64,000 nucleotides of DNA. Source: a virus. Below, piece after piece: positions 53,301 through 61,253 of this stretch. Every line of letters begins with the position of its first letter. Position 1 is the stretch's first letter. Location of the stretch: positions 96,001 to 160,000 of the IMG/VR virus record IMGVR_UViG_3300005264_000040, one strand, 5' to 3'. The notes below the pieces were generated by a model. The model was not told the DNA's origin. It was given only the letters and a program-made list of their open reading frames with translations, and did not search any database. A program made the translations under genes and the position numbers.

Positions 53301-56300
53301 TATCTTTATTCCATTTACATATGCTTCATATATTTTGTTGGAATATTTTACTAAAAATACTAATTCCTCTGAATTTTGATCATTTATAACCATATCTAAT
53401 TCTGGTAATTGTGTTGGGAGATTATAATCAGTTCTCCAACCTACAATACCAATTTCGTTAGGTGGATAACTCCATTGAAATGATGTACGAGCAATATTTA
53501 ACCCCATTTTTTTTATTGAAATATTATGTAGATCTGGTTCAAATCCAACATAGAAAGCTGTATCATTTGAAAAACCTAAGAAAACTCCAAATTCAAAATC
53601 AGGATTATTCATTAATTTCTCTTTATCGATTCTGAAAACAGTTACGTATTTTATTTCAGAATCAAAATCATTCATTGGATTTATCTGTGCAGAAACTGGC
53701 AAGTTATATTTCCATGAACCTCTAAAATTAAAATAATACCAAACTAACATATAGTCCCCATGGGATACATGCTTTATTTTTTCAAAAGTATTTAATGTTG
53801 GATCTATATTAAAAATACAGATAGAACCATCACTTTCGTCCTTATAATAATTAATATTTGGAGTTAATTTACTCCATGGATAAAAAGCAAATGAATCTAT
53901 AGGAGTTCCAAAATATATTTCAGCATCAAAAAAAGGTGCCCCATTTACAATATTCAAATATATTGGATGACAATAAAACATATCTAAAGAATGTGTTCCT
54001 ACTTGGCTAACATAAGCTTCCATTACATTTTCAGTTTTAGAATATTGAGAAACATCTATATCAAGGACTTCAAGGTTCAGCCATGCTACTATATTTTCCA
54101 TAGTTTTTAAAATAATGCCTATAACAGCAAATGTAGATATGTAACCAGCAAAAGAGAAAGATTGAACTTTTATATTTGTAAGTTCATTAAATTGATAAAA
54201 ACCATCAGTTAAATCTCCTTCAATTCTAAGATTATTTACATACATAAATATACGGCCATCTTCTTCTTTTTTTAAATGGAGATAAATAGAATCTCCGTCT
54301 TTTAAAAAATTTAAATAATCAAGCACATCTTGCGCATTCGTTATTTCAATGTCTGTATATACTCCATCTTTCCTATAATATAAACGTTGATTTACTATAA
54401 GAGGATTCCCATCTTGCACATTAGTAGTTTCAAAAGTATATACAATAATATTGTCATAATAAAGCATATAAGTTCCATTAGGTTTCCAATTTGGATTATC
54501 AAATTCATATATTATACCTATTTTTTTTATATCGTTATTTTTATAATTTTTCAATTGATAAACAAAACCGAATTCTTTGAATTTTTCAACTGTTAATTTT
54601 TTTGGCAATGTATAATTATTATTGCTATAATAATCGTATGTCCATGAAATAATATTTGGATACATATAAATCTTTTCGAATAAAGCATTTTCATTAAAAT
54701 ATGTTCCATAATAATGATTTTCAATTGGGGCATGACCCCACATAAAGAAATGAGTTTCATTTACTTTAGGGAATTCTGTTAATCTTTGTTTCAAATTAGA
54801 ATTTTTTGTCTCGTTTTGTGTAAAATGCACTACTTTACAATCAATTGGTATTTCTTCTTTGTTTCCTGAAATCATTATCGAACTTTCAAAATATATATCG
54901 TTTATTTCAAGTTTAACTCCAAATTTATAATCGGCAGAACGTGAATACCTTACTGAAGTATATGCTATACCATAAATTCTATCTGTATCATCTACATAAG
55001 TAGTAATATCAAAAGATGCATACTCATTTTGTTCATCTATTGATAAAATTTTGAAATAATATTTTTCGTTTATTTTTGATATTTTCATTACTACTTGCTC
55101 GTCGTACAAAGGATCGAACCAAAAAGTTTCATCTCCTATTGATATAAATCTTCCCGAAAAATAAGGTTTGTTATAAGAATTTCCATTGTTCAATGTAAAT
55201 GCAATGTGCTTTCCTTCCCATGGATTATCAAAATTATCACTTAGCAAAAACCATAACCTTATATAAGTATATGTGTTTGAATTATAATTTTCATGATTGT
55301 AATAAATTTTAAAGTTTTCTAGTGGTATCAAAAAATTAAATTTATGGGCAAATATAATTTTATTTTTAGACCAAGAATAAGGCCATGCAGCTGGTCTTAT
55401 ATTTGAAAATTGGACTTCATATTCATTGTAATAATCAATGTAATTTTCATAATCACTCCTGTAATCGGTTTTTGGAGTAGCTGCCATTTTTCCTACAGTT
55501 GTTTGTTGGAACATTTCAGGTAATATAAATGTATTGCTCATCCTTGGCATAACGATACTTTTTAAGGAACCTCTATCTTTAAATTTTACATACAATTTTG
55601 TTGTTTGTGCGGAAAAATCATAACGTGATTCATATCCTATTGTAGTTATGTAATTATATTGTTCTAAAGCATCATGAATTTCAAATTCTTTGAAAAATAT
55701 TCCATCTACATGATAATACCATCTTTCATATTCATCTCTTTTTATACCTATTCTGAACGTATCCCCTGCATGCAATGACATTAAATGCTGATTAATAGGA
55801 TGATCCGGATTATCATAAAAAATAGAATCAGTATAAACATTTCTAGTTGCAATTATCCTATCTACAGGTTTTTCCTGGTTGTTGTTTGTAGTACCAATTT
55901 CAAATTCAAAATATTGTGGTGGAACGCTATCTGTATATTTATTAAAATTATCGCAATCAAATGTAATTCCTAGCAAACTCATTTGCCAATTTTCATAAGT
56001 GAAATCTTCATTGATTTGAATTTCTAAACTTACTTCTTCTAAATCTTTTAATATTAATGGAGTATGATTCCAACCATCTTGCCATGTTCTTAACATAAAA
56101 TCATACCATGACCAAAGACTTCTATCCCCATCTTTTTCTATTATTAATGTTTGAACAAACTCCGAATTACTTATTCTACTCCATGTAGGGGCTAACTCAA
56201 AATAATGCACTGTACCGTTATAATATCCTCCATAATCTCTATAATCTCCCGCAAAAAAACTTGTAGCTATAGGAGTATATACATTAGCTAAATTTGGCAT
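50334..56300 (-). CDS. Giant (1988 aa) modular fibre/adhesin with lectin-like domains separated by stalk segments
   Basis: Domains homologous to those in the 2814-aa protein. C-terminus YVTTIINDERDTREL. Confidence 0.65.
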   Translation of the reverse strand: MPNLANVYTPIATSFFAGDYRDYGGYYNGTVHYFELAPTWSRISNSEFVQTLIIEKDGDRSLWSWYDFMLRTWQDGWNHTPLILKDLEEVSLEIQINEDFTYENWQMSLLGITFDCDNFNKYTDSVPPQYFEFEIGTTNNNQEKPVDRIIATRNVYTDSIFYDNPDHPINQHLMSLHAGDTFRIGIKRDEYERWYYHVDGIFFKEFEIHDALEQYNYITTIGYESRYDFSAQTTKLYVKFKDRGSLKSIVMPRMSNTFILPEMFQQTTVGKMAATPKTDYRSDYENYIDYYNEYEVQFSNIRPAAWPYSWSKNKIIFAHKFNFLIPLENFKIYYNHENYNSNTYTYIRLWFLLSDNFDNPWEGKHIAFTLNNGNSYNKPYFSGRFISIGDETFWFDPLYDEQVVMKISKINEKYYFKILSIDEQNEYASFDITTYVDDTDRIYGIAYTSVRYSRSADYKFGVKLEINDIYFESSIMISGNKEEIPIDCKVVHFTQNETKNSNLKQRLTEFPKVNETHFFMWGHAPIENHYYGTYFNENALFEKIYMYPNIISWTYDYYSNNNYTLPKKLTVEKFKEFGFVYQLKNYKNNDIKKIGIIYEFDNPNWKPNGTYMLYYDNIIVYTFETTNVQDGNPLIVNQRLYYRKDGVYTDIEITNAQDVLDYLNFLKDGDSIYLHLKKEEDGRIFMYVNNLRIEGDLTDGFYQFNELTNIKVQSFSFAGYISTFAVIGIILKTMENIVAWLNLEVLDIDVSQYSKTENVMEAYVSQVGTHSLDMFYCHPIYLNIVNGAPFFDAEIYFGTPIDSFAFYPWSKLTPNINYYKDESDGSICIFNIDPTLNTFEKIKHVSHGDYMLVWYYFNFRGSWKYNLPVSAQINPMNDFDSEIKYVTVFRIDKEKLMNNPDFEFGVFLGFSNDTAFYVGFEPDLHNISIKKMGLNIARTSFQWSYPPNEIGIVGWRTDYNLPTQLPELDMVINDQNSEELVFLVKYSNKIYEAYVNGIKIGEMPYEVIGSANLKNVQIWISHIDRDTIWLKEFSIQIQNPNTIDVMIQRPSIIRSIDIPTGLIKTYQALTQQVPIDCYLEVLYSVKPNDYEEMNLDLIQQQLPSSSTIEGLIYNYTEDGLEIKVDLENGFTKGYIKFPMYKRFSILKFHRIMFDVTYYMPFTDASAMYVYFKDSEGYVYKYGINSLSTYYGASMYIDDPNGNRIRTWGTTNYSHTIGIKTDFRLKNIVGYRYRIDDSLNTSNSVGTDLSTDNFFKKKFIDIVEFGIEFDAKNLTSLQPIYLKNMNFYAGYNKPPIIDAVRTYFMTRDLNIVSSDIWHLHKKELSFEANRLWPNIERKIDMDIYAADLVERFLYVILANQLQRSTQMTKLDSTPKHFGLSNEITIISHVSWLQHKEKNMEFANLIQRVSSNANMIDCMVKITDIKPEPQPWLDLIRVIPVSKENTFEFADLYQHVVCNYFTIHKLNDYENWNATGPVIINGNAISLDFTDREDLTLYKETPLSGPLKNLQFTLEFDIHSEVPFGQLDAPFHMITRLSWNKEVPLVSADLNIDYSINQIISWFDGILRYFIPFGTSYKPILEYDQLSKNRTTTNLNGFASTSQNIHVKLTLKHLSNGVIFNYTLRDENSNSITHAQLIEYNKPEYKIMDLKGVEITITDSGPNNPNNAYLTISNLNTYIKADIPIDMIIWSHFSTQIDIDLPIATQYAIRKRNILNAPLYWQGISSERNIESVVLWDDIQTANWLSSRVVMAGHLSKTFDGYVLQHSEDEKDFEWQLWLIRNAKHPIEYSLISAYVKQNIELSENAPLMIIVTHSNVLENSIFQTSVSENSIESVPKHCGIKTENLIEGMEMHHSKKEHPMELANILTHHRIMKGINVTVVKVIKKKATLFLNHSSKDVRMVAGKYVIGVPRWGVSSMLKWEDFFLAYPNVRQYIRKIKYVDNGKEIYINKYAKIDVIYGYVTTIINDERDTRELDYSDYINEIKEGTMW

Positions 56301-56306
56301 ATTCTA

Positions 56307-59300
56307 TCACTCCCAATGTAAAGAATTATCATTTTGAATTTCATCTAAATCTCTTGGATCATTAATTACAACTTTTGCATAAGTATAATAAATATCTAAT
56401 ACACCTTCTGCGTTTTGATATGTTACATTGCCATTTTTAACAATACGTCTTACTATATCTTTATCTAATAAATTTTGTACAAGTTTTTCATCTATTTTGT
56501 ACAAATAAGCCATACTATAAGAATCTAAATTTTCTTCCATTCCAGGTAATGTAATGATTTTATCTGAATAATTCACAAATTTTAAAGCTTCTACTTCTAA
56601 TACCAAAACGACTTGTGAATCTATTTCATTTTTTTCTCTGTAGAAAATATGAACATCAGAATAAAGTTTCCTATAACTCATTGTAATTGGAATTGTTGTA
56701 CTTATTATTTCATTTTGCAATTCTTTCTGAATCGCATATTTTGCATCTATAATTTGAGGTAATTTGTGACTAAGTATAAGTTGTAATTCTACATTGTTTT
56801 GCAATATTCCATAATTACTGTTAAATGTGTTTATGTTTATATCATCAATTATCTGAGATTTAGAATAAACACTTAATAATTTCATTTTTGGATTATCGTT
56901 TATAATCTGAGAATTTATTGTGATTGTTTTTTTGATTTCATATTGAAGTTCCATTAATATATTTTTACTTTTGTTTATAGTTTTTAATATTGTTAAAGCT
57001 TTAATTTGGTTATTCCTAAACAAATGATAAATAGGTCTTTCTACAACTGTAGTATAAACATTTTTTTCTACGAGAGTTACTATTTTATTATGTGCTTCCA
57101 AAATTATACTTCTTAATTTTGAAGTTGCATATATTGCGTTTATTGTGTTTGATTTCATAATTTCTTTTAAATATAAATCCATTTGCAGATTGATCATCTT
57201 TCTCATATTCAAAATAATATCTGAGCAAAATTCAACTGCTGTTTTTGAATAAATAGAATTATTTGTTCCTATTCCTTTTGTGTCTAGGATTCCTAACAAT
57301 TTAGAATAAGAACCAACTAACATTGTATCTTTCGCTATATATTGAGTTTCCAAATAAAGCTTTTTTCTTTCACTATGATAAATTGTGCATTCTATGTTTT
57401 TTTCATGTTTGACGATTTGTTTCACTCTGCTATTAAAACTTAAAAATTTGGTTTTTAAGAAGAATAGATATAATTGATAATACTTAGGTAATTCCTTCAA
57501 AGGAGTTGTTCTTATTAAGAATTCCGGATAATCTCTAACATCGTTATAAATAGCCCACATTGAACCATGTATAAAATAAATTTCCTTATTTGGATTATAA
57601 CGAGAAAATTCAAACCAAGCTGGAGTTTCTACTCCATATACAAAAGAATTTGTTGTGTATTCTTGCTCAAAAAGCACATCAGTTCCTTCAAATTGCAAAA
57701 CATGATAAGCTGGAATAGCAACTTTCTTTCCTCTTAAATTTACAGTTATCGTTGAAGAAGTTGGATTTACAACGTTTGTTGAAGGAATATATTGAATTTC
57801 ATAGGCTACAGCCCCTATTTCTATTTTATTCACAAAAGTAGATTTAGCTATTGCTTTTACATTTTTATAACTAACAGTGTTAAATAGCAAATGTGTATTT
57901 AAATTATTATTTGATGAAAAGGTACCACACAAAATCCCATTAAGTTCTAAATTCCATTTTGCTGTAATATTTTCATATATATCCATGCCTAATTCTTGTG
58001 AAACTACTTTAAAAATATCAGCTAATATAGGAGCTTTTGGTCGTGGTAATATTATCATATCAGATTCAAAATAATTAGATATTTTAGATACTATAGAAGT
58101 ATAGTAAATATCAATAAACGCTTTTTGTAAAGGTGAAACTTTTTTTAACCAAGAATAAATTCCTCTATAATTATGATCGTCATAAAAAGCTACTTCAGAT
58201 ACTATCGTTTTCTTTTTTAAGAAAGTTAATGAAGTAGCAACATCCAAGTTGTTTTCTTGGGTTATTATCCTTGCTATTTTAATATCTAAAAATTTCTGCA
58301 TTCTATAAAACTTTGATATTATTGCTCCAATAAAAATAGAAACATCTTCTATTTTAGAAACTCCAACTTTTAAATCTTTTTTTGTTGATAAATTAGGCCA
58401 CAAAACATATGCTGTGAAATCTATATTTGGTATGTATTTAGGAGCAAAAATATAAACACTAGCTGGATGTGCTTTGTCTGTATCTGTTCCTACAGGTATG
58501 ATTGCATTAGGATAGAAAATTTGATACCCTTTTAAAAATACAATATTTCCCCAAGTATCACCATGTCCTAAATAAATCAAACCTTCCATAAACTTGCTAT
58601 ATGAATGCAAAGAGTCATAAATTTCAAAAGAATCATACCCAGAAAAAGCTAATAATTTATAAGGATCAAACCATGTTCCGTAAAAATAAGAATAATTATA
58701 TTTAAATGGTTCGGATATAGGAACTATTCTTTCTCCATCATCTGACGGTTTTACATATATTGTAGAACGTCTTGTTCCGGATTTTGCAAAAACAGGCAGA
58801 AAATTCGGATTATATTGTACTATTGCTGGTTGTGGGAAAAAACCTTGCATGTAATCAGGCAAGAAACCAAATAAATCAGTCATTGATTTTTTATCTTTTA
58901 CTGTTATTTCCTTTGTGCTTAAATCTATATTCAAAAGATATACAAATCTATCTGAAGTTAAAATTAACCTTGTATTACCTACCCAAGCACCTACATAAGG
59001 TGTATTTAAAATTAAAGCAAAACCGTAATCATCTATTACGGTTGCAGGTCCCATATCATATCCAGTAACATGCCAATCATTAAAGTCTTGCCCAAAACTT
59101 ATATATCTTATTTCTTTTGAAGTATAGATAGAGTTAGATGTTGCATTTATAATCAACATCTTATTATTAGGAGAAAAAACTATAGGAGAACTTACCATGT
59201 AAGGTGGAAACCCACCTATTAACCTTACTTCTCCTGTTCCATTATTAATTTCTATCAAATAAGTTTCTGGAGCTAACCTGTTGAAAAAATACATATACCT

Positions 59301-59702
59301 TTCGTTAGAAAAGAAAGGCACAGGGATTAAACCATTTGGAATATCTATCTCAAATGGAAAGTCAAATCTGTAAGGAGTAAAAGATGTTAATGTTGGATCT
59401 TGAATTTCATCAAGTCTCAACAACGTAATATGATCAGAAGCTATTTCTAAAGTACCAGATACATTATTTCCTGAAACTTGTCCAGGAAAGTTTCCAATTC
59501 TATAAAAGTTTAAGTTCCTATCTTTTATGTAATCATATAATAAAGCATTAGGTTGTATCTCAATTTGGAATGTTCCAGTGCCAGCATATGGATACAACCA
59601 CATTTTATTTAAATCATCACTGCTTCTAACTATACCTATATTTTCTTTCCCGGATACAAAATGGATACGGTATCCACCAAAATTATATATCATATCCGCC
59701 AC
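56307..59702 (-). CDS. Modular fibre/adhesin (1131 aa): propeller-like head, stalk, C-terminal module
   Basis: C-terminus YAKVVINDPRDLDEIQ. Promoter TGATATAAT at 59725..59733. Confidence 0.65.
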   Translation of the reverse strand: MADMIYNFGGYRIHFVSGKENIGIVRSSDDLNKMWLYPYAGTGTFQIEIQPNALLYDYIKDRNLNFYRIGNFPGQVSGNNVSGTLEIASDHITLLRLDEIQDPTLTSFTPYRFDFPFEIDIPNGLIPVPFFSNERYMYFFNRLAPETYLIEINNGTGEVRLIGGFPPYMVSSPIVFSPNNKMLIINATSNSIYTSKEIRYISFGQDFNDWHVTGYDMGPATVIDDYGFALILNTPYVGAWVGNTRLILTSDRFVYLLNIDLSTKEITVKDKKSMTDLFGFLPDYMQGFFPQPAIVQYNPNFLPVFAKSGTRRSTIYVKPSDDGERIVPISEPFKYNYSYFYGTWFDPYKLLAFSGYDSFEIYDSLHSYSKFMEGLIYLGHGDTWGNIVFLKGYQIFYPNAIIPVGTDTDKAHPASVYIFAPKYIPNIDFTAYVLWPNLSTKKDLKVGVSKIEDVSIFIGAIISKFYRMQKFLDIKIARIITQENNLDVATSLTFLKKKTIVSEVAFYDDHNYRGIYSWLKKVSPLQKAFIDIYYTSIVSKISNYFESDMIILPRPKAPILADIFKVVSQELGMDIYENITAKWNLELNGILCGTFSSNNNLNTHLLFNTVSYKNVKAIAKSTFVNKIEIGAVAYEIQYIPSTNVVNPTSSTITVNLRGKKVAIPAYHVLQFEGTDVLFEQEYTTNSFVYGVETPAWFEFSRYNPNKEIYFIHGSMWAIYNDVRDYPEFLIRTTPLKELPKYYQLYLFFLKTKFLSFNSRVKQIVKHEKNIECTIYHSERKKLYLETQYIAKDTMLVGSYSKLLGILDTKGIGTNNSIYSKTAVEFCSDIILNMRKMINLQMDLYLKEIMKSNTINAIYATSKLRSIILEAHNKIVTLVEKNVYTTVVERPIYHLFRNNQIKALTILKTINKSKNILMELQYEIKKTITINSQIINDNPKMKLLSVYSKSQIIDDININTFNSNYGILQNNVELQLILSHKLPQIIDAKYAIQKELQNEIISTTIPITMSYRKLYSDVHIFYREKNEIDSQVVLVLEVEALKFVNYSDKIITLPGMEENLDSYSMAYLYKIDEKLVQNLLDKDIVRRIVKNGNVTYQNAEGVLDIYYTYAKVVINDPRDLDEIQNDNSLHWE

Positions 59703-59799
59703 CTCGTTCTTTTCTTTTCACATTATTATATCACACAAAAAAGTTAATATGCTAATAACAGTTTTCGGATACTTTCTTAACAAAGAGGACATATGTACT

Positions 59800-59817
59800 T
59801 AATATGGCGTACATATT
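59800..59817 (+). promoter_or_regulatory. Operator-like motif TAATATGGCGTACATATT
   Basis: Identical to the minus-strand copy at 26089..26106. Confidence 0.6.
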
Positions 59818-59939
59818 TCAATGGAAATATCACTGTAATGTGCATAAACAGTACTTTTAAACGTATGGTCTTGACATTTACATACCACTCTTAGAAAGGC
59901 ATTTCTATACTGTTTATTATACGATCGTCGCAAATCCGC

Positions 59940-60020
59940 TATTCAAAGGGGTGCAAATGACGGGCAACGACTCTATTATATATATATAATAGGACCGTTG
60001 AACGTCAAACGCACCCCTAT
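59940..60020 (-). repeat. 81-bp element, copy 2 (inverted)
   Basis: Exact reverse complement of 26012..26092. Confidence 0.95.
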
Positions 60021-60172
60021 TACGTGTTTATTAAACAGGGTAGATAAAGCAAAGATATGAATACGAAAAAAAATAACGTAAGCCTTATATTTATCGAATT
60101 TATGTTTGATTTTTGTTGTTAAATATGGTAAAATTAAAAAGAGAATTCATAAATAAGGAAGGAGAGGTAGCT

Positions 60173-60772
60173 GTGTTTGAGGAGACTATACGATTAGTAA
60201 ATGTAAATATTCCAGATTATGAAATTGCAAAATTAGCAAGAATTAGCCATGGGGGGAATTTTTACGAATTCAGTACAGAAGATGATGTGCAACTTTTAAA
60301 AAGGTTATGGAAAATGGGACACTATACGCCATTTGAATTCCAACAATTTATATTTTATGTGAAAGTACCTATTTATACACAAAGGCAGCTTATGAGACAT
60401 AGAACGTCTTCTTATATTGAACGTTCTTTGAGATATGTAAAATTAAACAAGAATAAAAATTATTTTTATTTTGAACCTGAATGGGATGAAAGTGTAAAAG
60501 AATTTTACGAAGAAGCTTATAAAAAATATACTGAACTGTTAGAAAAAGGGTATAAAGCTGAAGAGGCACGTGTAGTTTTACCACTAGGACTTATGACTGA
60601 ATTTTATTGGAGAATTGATGCAAGAAACTTATTCAATTTTTTGAAACTCAGATTAGATAATCATGCTCAGAAAAATATAAGAGTAGTTGCTAATGAGATT
60701 ATGGAGATTCTAAAAAACAATAAAAACACAAAAAATTTATATGAGATATATAAAGAAGCGTTAAAAATCTGA
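60173..60772 (+). CDS. thyX: Flavin-dependent thymidylate synthase
   Basis: GHYTPFE, RQLMRHR..S..ERSLRY, EEARVVLP and DARNLFNFLKLRLDNHAQ motifs. Start moved to GTG 60173 (GGAGAGG SD; TGGTAAAAT at 60126). Confidence 0.95.
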   Translation: MFEETIRLVNVNIPDYEIAKLARISHGGNFYEFSTEDDVQLLKRLWKMGHYTPFEFQQFIFYVKVPIYTQRQLMRHRTSSYIERSLRYVKLNKNKNYFYFEPEWDESVKEFYEEAYKKYTELLEKGYKAEEARVVLPLGLMTEFYWRIDARNLFNFLKLRLDNHAQKNIRVVANEIMEILKNNKNTKNLYEIYKEALKI

Positions 60773-60788
60773 AGGTGGTGAAACTATT

Positions 60789-61253
60789 GTGCTGAAATAT
60801 ACTATATTGTCTTTAAAGGTACAAGATATCAACGAGTTGTACATAGAAAACATTCTAGTGCAAAAATCAAGGATAGCGTACGCAAATATTAGAAAATATG
60901 ATAATCTTTTAATACCTAAAAGTGCTCAATTTGTATCTACTCCAAATTGGGAAATAGGAACTGAAGTAAAAGCATTATATAAAATGAAAGTGTATAAATC
61001 ATATCCCGCAGATAATTCAAAAGTTTCAGCAGGTGTAGTGATTGGAATGAGCCAATATTTTCCTTATTATTTTGCAACAGTATATGTAGGAGAACAACCG
61101 TTTAATAAAGTAGAAAAGCATTTAGCTCAAAAAATAATATCTTTAAGTTTCGAAAAAAATATAGTAATAAGCGAATTCGTTTCAAATTCAATTACAGCAA
61201 AAGGGCCAGATATGGTTGGACTAATGGCGGGGGTGTTTTTGTGGGAGGAATAA
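60789..61253 (+). CDS. Degenerate homologue of pyruvoyl-dependent arginine decarboxylase (PdaD-like fold), lacking the Ser-Ser site
   Basis: By-eye alignment across the whole length, see findings. Confidence 0.5.
   Translation: MLKYTILSLKVQDINELYIENILVQKSRIAYANIRKYDNLLIPKSAQFVSTPNWEIGTEVKALYKMKVYKSYPADNSKVSAGVVIGMSQYFPYYFATVYVGEQPFNKVEKHLAQKIISLSFEKNIVISEFVSNSITAKGPDMVGLMAGVFLWEE

Noticed and set aside
22256-59702. Diversity-generating retroelement acting on fibre or adhesin genes
   Set aside because: No reverse transcriptase and no near-identical template/variable repeat pair differing only at adenines was seen.
26014-60018. Hairpin telomere (protelomerase) sites
   Set aside because: Both copies are internal with intact genes on either side, and no protelomerase was recognised. 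Kept only as a remote possibility.
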